Source of the DNA: a virus
IMG/VR virus record: IMGVR_UViG_3300031972_001405
Coordinates: 1 to 64,000 of that record
Reading direction: 5' to 3' (one strand)
Length of the DNA stretch: 64,000 bases
Shown here piece by piece: positions 28,453 through 37,833 of the stretch. The position numbers and the translations under genes were made by a program. Under the pieces are notes generated by a model that was not told the DNA's origin, did no database searches, and saw only the letters and a list, made by a program, of their open reading frames with translations. Every line of letters starts with the position of its first letter. The first letter of the stretch is position 1.

Positions 28453-28712
28453 AATTCAGGGGGCACGACAATATCGTTGGGGGTGATGATAACGTATTTT
28501 AAATTCTGATGATGACAAGTTTTCTTTGCTAGATCCTCATCAACTTCAGTAACCTTGACAAGATTATACTTCTCACTATCTTGCAACATCATAGCATATC
28601 TTTCAGCGTCGTCCTCTTTTTCAAAGAACATTATAACCTTCTCTCCCCATCGATTATGGACAGCAAAAGCTCCAGAGTCTTCATTTTGAGCAACGCTGAC
28701 CATATACATCAT
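28449..28712 (-). CDS. Hypothetical protein (DUF3110-like)
   Basis: FEKEDDAERYAMML...ITPNDIVVPP. Confidence 0.65.
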   Translation of the reverse strand: MMYMVSVAQNEDSGAFAVHNRWGEKVIMFFEKEDDAERYAMMLQDSEKYNLVKVTEVDEDLAKKTCHHQNLKYVIITPNDIVVPPEL

Positions 28713-29749
28713 TCTACTTCACAAGCCTCTTTATAGATCAAACTGACAAGATTCTTTACAGCAGATTTATCAACCTGAGTATCAGACTCCTCAATGTATC
28801 TAGAAAGGATCGCAAGTGTATCTTCAGATTCAAATGCTTCAAAGTCATCATTTTCAATGACGTTAAAGTTCTCCACAATTTTTAGCTCTGCAGGATTAGC
28901 AGAGAAAATTTTGTCAATAAACTTTTCAAATGCAATGTCATTAGTCTTTTTACGGACAACAACTTTTAAAATTTTTCCAGAGCATTCAGTTGCATCGAAT
29001 AATTGATATGGGGTGTCTTCATAATAGACCGTATGAAAAATATGAAATGGATTATTAACTGGAGTATGCTCTAGGGTTTCAGTGTCAAAGATGTGAAATC
29101 CCCTAACGTCTCCAGCATCATTCCAATACATTTCATATGGATTGCCGAGATAGTGAACATTGGCTTGATTACTACGGTGATGATAATGCCCAGTGAACAC
29201 TTTATCATAGCGAGAAAAAACACTCCTGTCCATACCATGCTCCATCCAGATTCCATGGTTTGCTTTGAACCCTTGCAATTCTAGATGTCCAAAGGCAACT
29301 TTAGACTTTGACTTTGAAATCTTTTTCAGAACTTCTGTTTTGGTATCTTCAGTAATCCAGGCAATCAATGATATATCTAAACCACCAACCTTAACTTCTT
29401 TAAAATTAGATACAGGAATAATATTGTCGTACTCTCTGAGTAGCAATTCAATGGCATTAACATCGTTCGTGTTTTTATAGTATGCGGTATGATTACCGAC
29501 AACTGTATACACTTTGATTCCCATCTTTCGGAGACGATCATAATAATTTTTCTTAGCCCATGATAAAGCAGAAAAGTCGATGCCTTTACGGCTATCGAAA
29601 GTATCGCCCATGTCGATGACACAAGTGATATTCTGTACTTCCAGAGTTGGGAAGAAAACTTCATTATAGAATTTTAGAAAATAGTCATGGAACAGTTTTG
29701 AATTTTTACGAGCACCGAAGTGTTGGTCTGTAATTACTGCTACCTTCAT
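28709..29749 (-). CDS. gp47: Recombination endonuclease nuclease subunit (gp47, SbcD/Mre11-like)
   Basis: TDQHFG, MGDTFD, VGNH, TGHYH. Confidence 0.95.
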   Translation of the reverse strand: MKVAVITDQHFGARKNSKLFHDYFLKFYNEVFFPTLEVQNITCVIDMGDTFDSRKGIDFSALSWAKKNYYDRLRKMGIKVYTVVGNHTAYYKNTNDVNAIELLLREYDNIIPVSNFKEVKVGGLDISLIAWITEDTKTEVLKKISKSKSKVAFGHLELQGFKANHGIWMEHGMDRSVFSRYDKVFTGHYHHRSNQANVHYLGNPYEMYWNDAGDVRGFHIFDTETLEHTPVNNPFHIFHTVYYEDTPYQLFDATECSGKILKVVVRKKTNDIAFEKFIDKIFSANPAELKIVENFNVIENDDFEAFESEDTLAILSRYIEESDTQVDKSAVKNLVSLIYKEACEVE

Positions 29750-30243
29750 TGATTCTTCAACTTGTGATAAACGTTGTCTTTGATTGAATTATAACTGGAA
29801 TAGTTATTTCCGCCAAGGGTGTTATCATCTACAAACACTTCGTCATAACCAGACTTAGTGAGAATTTTATTTTTGATTTCTAATTGCTTCTTCTCTTTTT
29901 GAATGCGACGGAGGAAAGCGTAGTGAATAATCTGAGTGAAGTATGCAAAAGGATTGGTTGATTTTGCTGGATCAAAATTGTTGATGTACTGCACACAATT
30001 TTCAATACCATCACAAACCATGTCATCCTTGAACATGTAGTTCACGAAGTTTGGTTTGAATGAAAGGTGAGTGGCAATCTTCAAGAAACATTCCCCAATG
30101 TAATTTGGGATTCTTGGTTTCTGTTCTCCCAGTTCTACTGCTGCTTTGACTTTCTTTTTGTAGATAACCAAAGCTTCGAGAAACTCCTTGTTATTTACAT
30201 AGTGTTCGGACCTCTTTCTCCCTCTTGGCATAATCGCATTCAT
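29746..30243 (-). CDS. gp55: Late-transcription sigma factor (gp55)
   Basis: HYVNNKEFL, NPFAYFTQIIHYAFLRRIQKEKKQ. Confidence 0.96.
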   Translation of the reverse strand: MNAIMPRGRKRSEHYVNNKEFLEALVIYKKKVKAAVELGEQKPRIPNYIGECFLKIATHLSFKPNFVNYMFKDDMVCDGIENCVQYINNFDPAKSTNPFAYFTQIIHYAFLRRIQKEKKQLEIKNKILTKSGYDEVFVDDNTLGGNNYSSYNSIKDNVYHKLKNQ

Positions 30244-30254
30244 TTTATGAAGTA

Positions 30255-30303
30255 TATTTATATATTGTATTTAAACTATAACAAAATCCACTGCATTTGT
30301 CAA
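30255..30303 (-). promoter_or_regulatory. Sigma70 promoter plus late promoter for gp55
   Basis: TTGACA (30298-30303) N17 TATAGT (30275-30280); TATAAATA at 30255-30262. Confidence 0.85.
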
Positions 30304-30307
30304 GAGC

Positions 30308-30336
30308 TTGACAAGACTTTGAAATACGTGTACAAT
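30308..30336 (+). promoter_or_regulatory. Divergent sigma70 promoter, antisense to the upstream genes
   Basis: TTGACA (30308-30313) N17 TACAAT (30331-30336). Confidence 0.65.
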
Positions 30337-30377
30337 TACCTTTGTGGAGGTTCAAAAGGATCAGTAGCTTAGATACT

Positions 30378-30788
30378 TTAAGTCTCCTGTTCTAAACGAA
30401 AGATCTTTTCAAGTAATTGTTTAGCGTCATCTACAGTAGAGATATATCCCATTCCTCTATCAATATCATTTCTATCAGAAGGAAGTTTATCTAACTCCTG
30501 TTCCATAACAAATCGACAATGCATAGTAATCATATCCATATTGTTATTTTCTGTCATCGTAAGAATATTCTTTATATCAATGATATAGAGAGTATCATCT
30601 GTGGTCTTTAACCATGGTTCAACTTTATATCCAATAGCCATACCATTGTGAGGTAGTTTTACTTCCTCAACAATTACTGGGTCAGACAACAACAAAAGAG
30701 TTCTGTCATCTTCATCAGAAGCAGAGACTTTAGCAAAGATCTCTTCTCCAGATAATAATTTTATTGTTGCATAGAAATCATCTTCCAT
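30378..30788 (-). CDS. Hypothetical Sm-like-fold protein
   Basis: FYATIKLLSGEEIFAKV..DPVIV..VEPWLK..GYISTVDDAKQLLEKIF. Confidence 0.7.
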   Translation of the reverse strand: MEDDFYATIKLLSGEEIFAKVSASDEDDRTLLLLSDPVIVEEVKLPHNGMAIGYKVEPWLKTTDDTLYIIDIKNILTMTENNNMDMITMHCRFVMEQELDKLPSDRNDIDRGMGYISTVDDAKQLLEKIFRLEQET

Positions 30789-30789
30789 A

Positions 30790-32253
30790 TTATTTTGATA
30801 GATTGACTGAAATAATATCGTAATTAAAGTTTTCCTCGTTATAAATTCTGATCCTCTCTATTAAATGATTTAGTGTGTAGTTCTTTCTTGATCCTTTTGT
30901 GCAGTCATCGGATATATCATATAGCACTGCTTTATCTTTGTTAGTCCCCTTCCTCAATACTCGTCCGATGGATTGTAGATTCCGTATTCTCGATTTAGAA
31001 GGAGAAGCAAAAATAACGTTATGTAGATTTTTAATGTTAATTCCTGTGGAGAAGGTTCCATAAGATGCTACGATAATTGCATTGTTTTCAATGTCAACGA
31101 TCTCTCTAACTTTCTCTCTTTCTAGGGAATTAACCCCACCATGAACGTAAAAGACCTTTCGGTTTTCTTTTACGGAACTATTTATTAGTTCAAATAACGG
31201 CTGTCCGTGAGACTCTACTCTATTAAATAGAACAAGAGTATTTCCATCCAAGTCTACTGTTAGATTTTTGATGAAATTATTTCTTCTTTCGTGTGTTATA
31301 ATGTATTGAACTTCATCTTCATATGTTTCAAATATTTGAGGATCATGTTTGAGGATGATACAATTAATATCAAGTTTAGATACATGACCCTTTCTCATCA
31401 GTTCTTCTGTTCTGATAATTTTATATGAAGGACCAAACAATCCTTCCAAAACCCACTTATGAGTTTGTGTCCCATCTAATGTTCCAGTAAAACCATAACG
31501 ATACTTTGCAGTATGCATCTTCGTCATGATATTGATTAAAGACTTAGACTTAAATAAGTGTGCCTCATCTCCAATCACAACATCAAACTTCTCAAACCAC
31601 TTACGTTCTAGCTTGTAAACTGATTGCCAAGTTGTAATTGTGATTGCTTTGTTACTCTCCTTCTCCTTCCCCGAATATATTTTGTGACAATATGTCTCAG
31701 GATCCCATCCATATTCCTCAAAGTCCTTATACATCTGCTCTACTAGAGATGTCGTTGGAACAACTACCAGGATTTTTCTGTTGTAGTCAGTATGATATCT
31801 TGAAAGAGCATACACCATCAAAGATTTGCCAGATGCAGTGGGACTTATCAATAACCTTCTATTGTGTCTTAGAGCATCGTATACTCCCTCTACTTGGTAT
31901 TCGCGTGGTTTATGACAAGCAATCTTAGTCATATAATCCTTTACGCCCTCCTTTGAAATCATTTCATTGACTTCAAATGGTGTGCCAAAAAATTTATTAT
32001 CTACAAATTTGTAATCATAATCATATTGTTTGCAGAAAGAAATGACCTTATCAAGGAGACCAACATAGATCTCTCCTGTATGCGTAGAGAATAATCGTAT
32101 CTTTCCATCCCAATACTTACTTCTGTATTGGGGCATAAATTTTGCACCAGGAACTTCAAATGTGAAGTGATCTGATAGTTCCTGATATACGTGTGGCTCA
32201 GCAGATATTTTTAGATAAACTTCATTCTTCTTTTGGATTTCGAGATTAACCAT
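30790..32253 (-). CDS. uvsW: SF2 helicase UvsW
   Basis: WDGKIRLF, PTASGKS, DEAH, TGT, QSIGRVLR. Confidence 0.95.
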   Translation of the reverse strand: MVNLEIQKKNEVYLKISAEPHVYQELSDHFTFEVPGAKFMPQYRSKYWDGKIRLFSTHTGEIYVGLLDKVISFCKQYDYDYKFVDNKFFGTPFEVNEMISKEGVKDYMTKIACHKPREYQVEGVYDALRHNRRLLISPTASGKSLMVYALSRYHTDYNRKILVVVPTTSLVEQMYKDFEEYGWDPETYCHKIYSGKEKESNKAITITTWQSVYKLERKWFEKFDVVIGDEAHLFKSKSLINIMTKMHTAKYRYGFTGTLDGTQTHKWVLEGLFGPSYKIIRTEELMRKGHVSKLDINCIILKHDPQIFETYEDEVQYIITHERRNNFIKNLTVDLDGNTLVLFNRVESHGQPLFELINSSVKENRKVFYVHGGVNSLEREKVREIVDIENNAIIVASYGTFSTGINIKNLHNVIFASPSKSRIRNLQSIGRVLRKGTNKDKAVLYDISDDCTKGSRKNYTLNHLIERIRIYNEENFNYDIISVNLSK

Positions 32254-32677
32254 ATCCACTAATAAATTTTTGCCATTCAATTGCATTCTTAATTTGATAA
32301 GTTCGATTACCTATCTGCTTGAGAATGCTCTCAATATAATTTAGTTGAGTTTCATAGTAGTCAATTTTTAAATTGACCTGACTAAGTTTTTCATCAGCAC
32401 TTAAATATCTTTCCATATCGCTCTTGTCCCTAACTTTTCTGGGGAAAGGATTTTCAATATAAACATCTGGATCTGCTTTGCCAGAGTAATACTGATACCG
32501 TTCGTGACGAATATTTCTTTTTTGTTGTTCTGCCTTCTTCCTCAAGAGGAGAAGATTGTTAAAAATATCATGATACTTTGCATGTAGTGCTGGTATCTTT
32601 AGTGATTCTGTGTGAAGATTATCTTGATCAATCTGTGAGTCTTTTTCCCACATACTTTGTATAGTATCAAGATTCAT
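32246..32677 (-). CDS. uvsY: Recombination mediator UvsY
   Basis: ESLKIPALHAKY, YYSGKA, RTYQIKNAIEW. Confidence 0.92.
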   Translation of the reverse strand: MNLDTIQSMWEKDSQIDQDNLHTESLKIPALHAKYHDIFNNLLLLRKKAEQQKRNIRHERYQYYSGKADPDVYIENPFPRKVRDKSDMERYLSADEKLSQVNLKIDYYETQLNYIESILKQIGNRTYQIKNAIEWQKFISGYG

Positions 32678-33243
32678 AAAAGTTTCCCGCTCAAGTCTGT
32701 TACTTCATAGTAAGTATACTTGAAAGTAACGTCTGCTGTAAAGTAGTCTATATCAGTTGGTGTAGCATCAAACTGAACTGTAGATAAATTTACTGGAAAC
32801 AATCCATAGAACTTTAGATAGAACTGCGGAGTCATATTATTACTCAGAATTTGTAGAGTTCCATCTGAAAATAATTCCTCCTCTCCCATTTCAGATGCAT
32901 TCTTATAAAGAGAAGCACCCTTTGCTCTTTCATCATATATTTGCTGCAAAGATTCTGGAAATCCAAGACCACGCATCCAGTTCTGAATCTGCATATAATT
33001 TTCCAAGTCCTCATCAATTAAGAATCTCAGAGAGAAATCCTCAAACTGTAGTACATCACCAGGTCTGTCTATCTCTTTAAGATATGTTGGTTGAATAGCA
33101 ACTCCAAGAGTTACTGCTGGTAAATTGCAAGAGTTGGCAAAGAAACTTGCTTGTGGACATCTCTGCAGGGAAAATTTAAATCCTGTTGGAGATAGGAAGT
33201 TTCTATTTTGTACCTGTCTTTTATATGGGTTTGAATTGGTCAT
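32674..33243 (-). CDS. gp3: Tail completion / sheath stabiliser (gp3)
   Basis: NRNFLSPTGFKF, FLIDEDLENY, FPVNLS, DYFTADVTFKY. Confidence 0.88.
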   Translation of the reverse strand: MTNSNPYKRQVQNRNFLSPTGFKFSLQRCPQASFFANSCNLPAVTLGVAIQPTYLKEIDRPGDVLQFEDFSLRFLIDEDLENYMQIQNWMRGLGFPESLQQIYDERAKGASLYKNASEMGEEELFSDGTLQILSNNMTPQFYLKFYGLFPVNLSTVQFDATPTDIDYFTADVTFKYTYYEVTDLSGKLL

Positions 33244-33695
33244 ACAAACATTCCTTTCTTATCCATGTACTGGAGAGCTTCTTTGAGATTACCAATATGC
33301 TTGGCACCAATAGCAACTTGAGGATACGTTGCTCCTGCACCAAACTCTTGATTAAATGCCCTTTGTGTAAAATGTTCATTGAGACGATACTCATGAAACT
33401 TGACATCAATATGAGATAGTAGGGAGCAGATTCGTTCACACTCCTGACTACCATCGCTATAGACTACGCAAAGATTGTCGAGCATTTTGTTTCTAGCAAG
33501 TCTTTGGTTTTCTTTTTCCCACATATCAGCAACCATATCAACAGTATGTCTTACTGGTTGAGGTATAGGAGTGGCATTTTGCCATTCATCAATTGCTTCT
33601 TGTGTGGGAATAGCAATTCTGAATGGGATGTCATCATCAATGAACTCTTGGTTCATATCAATATATGTTTGAGGAGTAATTTTAATTTCAGTCAC
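33240..33695 (-). CDS. Glutaredoxin-like domain with N-terminal extension
   Basis: C-terminal YSDGSQECER..FGAGATYPQVAIGAKHIG; GTG start at 33695 with GGAGG RBS. Confidence 0.7.
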   Translation of the reverse strand: MTEIKITPQTYIDMNQEFIDDDIPFRIAIPTQEAIDEWQNATPIPQPVRHTVDMVADMWEKENQRLARNKMLDNLCVVYSDGSQECERICSLLSHIDVKFHEYRLNEHFTQRAFNQEFGAGATYPQVAIGAKHIGNLKEALQYMDKKGMFV

Positions 33696-34002
33696 GTTGC
33701 CTCCAGTCATCAGGTTTATCTTGCTGAAACCAATTTTTAATGTCTTCAGGACTATCAAATCCAGTTTTATGATTGGATGGATCTGGATCTCCTAAACCCA
33801 TCCTATTCATAAAATCATCTATACTTCCCTCTTCAATGTTTTGTGATGCTTGGCGTCTTGCCATCTTTAACATCTCATTAGCAGATGTATTTGCTTTAGC
33901 AAGTTTCTGTGCCCAAACCATATCGTCTAGTTTGACTTCTTCATTATTTGCAATACATTTGCAAATAAATTCTAATCGCAGTCTATATTGGGTAGATAGC
34001 AT
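33688..34002 (-). CDS. Conserved hypothetical protein
   Basis: MLSTQYRLRLEFICKCI...GDPDPSNH...DWRQRD; late box CTAAATA at 34024-34030. Confidence 0.75.
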   Translation of the reverse strand: MLSTQYRLRLEFICKCIANNEEVKLDDMVWAQKLAKANTSANEMLKMARRQASQNIEEGSIDDFMNRMGLGDPDPSNHKTGFDSPEDIKNWFQQDKPDDWRQRD

Positions 34003-34032
34003 GTAGATTCAACTCGTCATCTCTATTTAGAC

Positions 34033-34059
34033 AAAAAAAGAGGGGTCCGAAGACCCCTC
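34033..34059 (-). terminator. Rho-independent terminator of the head operon
   Basis: GAGGGGTC-TTCG-GACCCCTC-TTTTTTT. Confidence 0.9.
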
Positions 34060-34092
34060 AGCACTATCCTTCACACGGTGAGGATATTTATA

Positions 34093-35502
34093 TCACATCA
34101 AGTTCGTGACCTTGACGCGACGATAGTAACGGTTTGCGTTTACACGCAGTCTGCCAAGACCCTGGGTGGTGCCTTCTGCGAATGGGTTAGCGACCAGACC
34201 ATAACGGGTCTTGAAGCCAATCTTCGGCTGGAAGGAGTTCTCACCAACTGCACGAACCATCTGAAGAGGAACGTAAGGGCAGTAGAAGATGCCAGCATCA
34301 TAAGGGGAAGTACCCTTATAACCAACAACATAGTACTGGTTAGCACTATTGTTAGCAGCGTAAGGATCGATGTATACGCGATACTTACCATTAATAGTAC
34401 CAGCAAATGTGTTGCCAGTGTCATCAACGCTCAGGTTAGCGTTAAGAGCAGGGGTGTAATCCAGGATGCCTGCCATCGTGAGTGCGGAAGCAACGTCTGC
34501 AGAACACAGAACAATGTTGCCTTTGCCTCTACGAGTTCTTTGTGCAATCTGGTTCGCATCTCTTTCGATTTGGAACAGAAGACCCTTGAACTTCTCAACA
34601 GACCAGCGACCATTGGAGTCAACGTCCAGGTTGAACTCACCAGCAGTTGCAGTGTTGAGGGTAGCGCCTTGCTCGGCAACCTTGTAGATGGTTCTGATCA
34701 CTTCTCTGTTGATTTCCGCAAGGATTTCAGTAGAGAGGATGTTAGCAAGTTCTGCTTCAGCGTTAAGACCGTGAATTGCCTTAAGGTCTTGTGCCAGTTC
34801 CAGAGAGTACTCTGCTTTCAGCGCACGAGACTTAGCAGTAACGGTGACTTTCTCGATCGAGAATGCCATCTCGTTGAAGGCATCCGAACCAGTGCCGTCC
34901 AGAGCTTCAGCATCGCCAGTTGCCATGCCCTGACCCACGGTATAACCGAGGGAAGATGCAGAACCAACAGGGTTGAGTGCAGATGGGTTGCTACCAGTCT
35001 GTGAGGTAGTACCCAAACCAGCAACGTTATCGCTACCAGTAAGATCGAAACCATGATCCTGACCAGAGAAGGCAGTATCTGCTTCGTCGAAGAATGCTTC
35101 AGTACCGCCTTGACCTGGGGTGCCAGGACCAGCATAACGTGAACGCATTGCGAAGATCAGTCCAGTAGGACCGCTCATCGGTTGAACGCCTGCAAGGTCA
35201 TATGCGACCAAGTTAGGCATAGAGCGTCTGATCAAGGAGATCAGAACGGGGTCGAAACCAGCAGTAGGACCAGCAGCGGCAGAACTGCCACTGAAAGCAC
35301 CAGACCCACCAGCGGCATTACCAGCGTTGGTAGGCGTTTCCATCAGGTTGAAACCTGACTGGAAAGACTGCTCTTCTTGTAAAAACTTTTCTTGATTTTC
35401 TAGCAGAACAGCGGTAACTGCTCTACGGTGTGAGTCGGAGATTCCTCCGTCGTGGTCGAGAAGTGGCTTCCACTTTTCAACCAGATGCTCTGATTGGAAC
35501 AT
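34093..35502 (-). CDS. gp23: Major capsid protein (gp23)
   Basis: FDPVLISLIRR, GVQPMSGPTG, KSRALKAEYSLELAQDLKAIHG, IGFKTRYG. Confidence 0.98.
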   Translation of the reverse strand: MFQSEHLVEKWKPLLDHDGGISDSHRRAVTAVLLENQEKFLQEEQSFQSGFNLMETPTNAGNAAGGSGAFSGSSAAAGPTAGFDPVLISLIRRSMPNLVAYDLAGVQPMSGPTGLIFAMRSRYAGPGTPGQGGTEAFFDEADTAFSGQDHGFDLTGSDNVAGLGTTSQTGSNPSALNPVGSASSLGYTVGQGMATGDAEALDGTGSDAFNEMAFSIEKVTVTAKSRALKAEYSLELAQDLKAIHGLNAEAELANILSTEILAEINREVIRTIYKVAEQGATLNTATAGEFNLDVDSNGRWSVEKFKGLLFQIERDANQIAQRTRRGKGNIVLCSADVASALTMAGILDYTPALNANLSVDDTGNTFAGTINGKYRVYIDPYAANNSANQYYVVGYKGTSPYDAGIFYCPYVPLQMVRAVGENSFQPKIGFKTRYGLVANPFAEGTTQGLGRLRVNANRYYRRVKVTNLM

Positions 35503-35542
35503 TTCTTTATAAGGTTAGTGTTTGCTTTAATAAAAAATTCAA

Positions 35543-36628
35543 CTAGTTGCCAGCTGCGTCTAGGAACTTAAGGTAATGAGACATTCTGCCTTCCGAAGAA
35601 GCGCCTGCATCATCTACACCTTCCGAGAGTGACTCAGCTTGAGCAGATTGGGAAGTGGTTTTGCCGCTAGTGAAGTACGACTCCTTAAGCGTTTCCAGTC
35701 TTCCTCTATAAGATTCTTCACTTTCAAACTCTACACCTTCTGCGAGAGAAGCGAGTTTCTCTTTCTGAGTGGAAGCAAGTCCATCAGAAACGTTCTCCAG
35801 AATACCATCAGCAACCGACTCTGCGAGGCGCTTGTTGAGTGTAATATTTCTATCGATTTGCTCGTTGAGTTTAGTCTCCATGTCATCTAGTTTCTCTACC
35901 ATATTGGAGAGAACATCATACTTATCTTCAGGGATGGTTACATAATGTTCTTCAAAAAGACTCTTCATTCCGCCGAGGAATGATTCGGTCATTTCGGACT
36001 TAAGTCCGTTTTCAACAGCGAGTTGATTCTCGGATAGCCACTCATCAGCGACATATTCCAAGTAAGAGTCAACACGCTCTTGGAGTTCGACTTTCATAGA
36101 GTCGATCTCTTCGGCAACACGCTCTTGATATTGAGCTTCTAGTGCCTCTTTGATTTCTGCAGCCTTAGCGGTCAAAGCAGCTTCAAAGATAGTCTTTGCT
36201 TTCTCTCTGAATTCTTCAGAAAGTTCTTCGCCACCGAGAAGAGCATTAACGTCTTCATCAACGTCATACTCTGCAGTTTCTTCGACAGTTTCCTCTTCGG
36301 TAACTTCGTCTTCGGCAACGATTTCTTGACCGTCCTCTAGCACTTCTTCTTCCTCTTCTTTGGACATCGATTGCATAGGATCGGCCTTCTTTGCGCCACG
36401 ATTAACAACGTCAGCAACAGTACGAAGATTTGGTTCTTTCAGTTTTGCCGAGTCATCATCGGGTTTGTAGTTTTCGGGGGTAGGCCCACCGAGGTCTTCT
36501 ACTGATGCGAGTTGAGTACCTGGATCTGCCATTGTCGGCATTGGATCACCCGCCTTAGCACCGCGAGTAACTTGATCAGATACTTTCGTAGTCTTAGTTT
36601 CCATTTCTTGTAAGCGTCCAAGCGACAT
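35543..36628 (-). CDS. gp22: Prohead core scaffold (gp22)
   Basis: DLGGPTPENY, LSEEFREKAKTIFEAA, VDSYLEYV; late promoter TATAAATA at 36665-36672. Confidence 0.93.
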   Translation of the reverse strand: MSLGRLQEMETKTTKVSDQVTRGAKAGDPMPTMADPGTQLASVEDLGGPTPENYKPDDDSAKLKEPNLRTVADVVNRGAKKADPMQSMSKEEEEEVLEDGQEIVAEDEVTEEETVEETAEYDVDEDVNALLGGEELSEEFREKAKTIFEAALTAKAAEIKEALEAQYQERVAEEIDSMKVELQERVDSYLEYVADEWLSENQLAVENGLKSEMTESFLGGMKSLFEEHYVTIPEDKYDVLSNMVEKLDDMETKLNEQIDRNITLNKRLAESVADGILENVSDGLASTQKEKLASLAEGVEFESEESYRGRLETLKESYFTSGKTTSQSAQAESLSEGVDDAGASSEGRMSHYLKFLDAAGN

Positions 36629-36674
36629 TGAAGGTTTCTCCGATTAATCTACTTAATCTATATTTATTTATAAT

Positions 36675-37325
36675 CTAAAGATTTGCAAGGAAGTCGTTGA
36701 AAAGATCCAATTTCTTCTCGTCAAGTTGTTTTTGTGTTACCAATGTATTGATATGATTGTATGTCTTACGGGCAGCTGCCTCTCTAAGAATGCCTCCATC
36801 CCATACCCAATCCTTTCCTTCCATGATTCCTGATACAAATGCATCAGGTGCAGAGGGGTCAGCAACAATGTCAGCAGCAGTTGCCAACGTGAAGTCTTCA
36901 CCAACAACATTGGTGCCTTCACGAGTCATACTCAATGAACCAATACCACGAGAAGAAACGCCCAACTTAACACCTTCATCGATAAGATTTTGTGCAATCT
37001 TACCCATAGGGGTGCTGAGGATCTTTGCCTTACCAATAAAATTAGAACCACTTTCTCTAAGAGAAACGATCTTGTGTGAAACTCGATCTAGGTTAACGGT
37101 AGGACCCTCAGGATGTCCAAGTTCACCCAAAGCACGACCACTTTGGATATGGTTTTCATTGTAACGAGACACTTCTTTACGAAGAGTTTCCATAGGATAC
37201 ATCCGACCATTACGGTTCTTGATATCTCCTTGAAGAAATACTCCCTCAATGTACAGGGATTTTTTGCCGTTCTTTTGTTCGACAATGAAATCGACTGATT
37301 CGATTTCTTCTCTGATAAGTTTCAT
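36675..37325 (-). CDS. gp21: Prohead protease (gp21)
   Basis: YIEGVFLQ..NRNGRMY, GELGHP, GVSSRG, DIVADPSAPDA. Confidence 0.95.
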   Translation of the reverse strand: MKLIREEIESVDFIVEQKNGKKSLYIEGVFLQGDIKNRNGRMYPMETLRKEVSRYNENHIQSGRALGELGHPEGPTVNLDRVSHKIVSLRESGSNFIGKAKILSTPMGKIAQNLIDEGVKLGVSSRGIGSLSMTREGTNVVGEDFTLATAADIVADPSAPDAFVSGIMEGKDWVWDGGILREAAARKTYNHINTLVTQKQLDEKKLDLFNDFLANL

Positions 37326-37330
37326 TTTGC

Positions 37331-37603
37331 TTAGTTTGTAAATCCTACTTTGGCGAACTTCACAGCAGCGTGACCAGCCCACATAACATCCTTATAGTCT
37401 TTATCAACAAATTCAACCGTTGCAGGAGCAACCGTAATTGAACCATAACCAACTACATCAGCAGTTGAGGTGGAAACAGCAACAAAGACAGCAGCACTAT
37501 GTCCGTTGTAAACACGAACAAGTCTTGCATGACCGACCGAACTAGCGGTACTAACAACAGTTGTGGCGGCAATTTCTTTGCCAATCATACGAGTAAAACT
37601 CAT
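37331..37603 (-). CDS. Small probable virion protein
   Basis: 90 aa, beta-rich, inside the head operon. Confidence 0.6.
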   Translation of the reverse strand: MSFTRMIGKEIAATTVVSTASSVGHARLVRVYNGHSAAVFVAVSTSTADVVGYGSITVAPATVEFVDKDYKDVMWAGHAAVKFAKVGFTN

Positions 37604-37797
37604 TCTTCTTCCTCAGGATCTTCTGTGATTTCATCTTCAATTTCCCCTAACTCATCTTCGCCAAACAAAGTTGTAGCTACGACTGGTTTAAGATTTTCAA
37701 TCCTCTCTGCTGATTTAGAAAACAGAGCGTCTTTAATTTGGTCACTGATTTGCGACGGTGATTCCGCAGAAATCATCAAATCCATAAGATCATCCAT
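37600..37797 (-). CDS. Small acidic prohead-core-like protein
   Basis: Position between gp20 and gp21; late promoter TATAAATA at 37825-37832. Confidence 0.65.
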   Translation of the reverse strand: MDDLMDLMISAESPSQISDQIKDALFSKSAERIENLKPVVATTLFGEDELGEIEDEITEDPEEEE

Positions 37798-37833
37798 TGG
37801 AAATTAATATAAACATACTAAATATATTTATAC

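Noticed and set aside
34078-35004. 308-aa plus-strand ORF
   Set aside because: Antisense shadow of gp23 caused by codon bias; no motifs, RBS or promoter.
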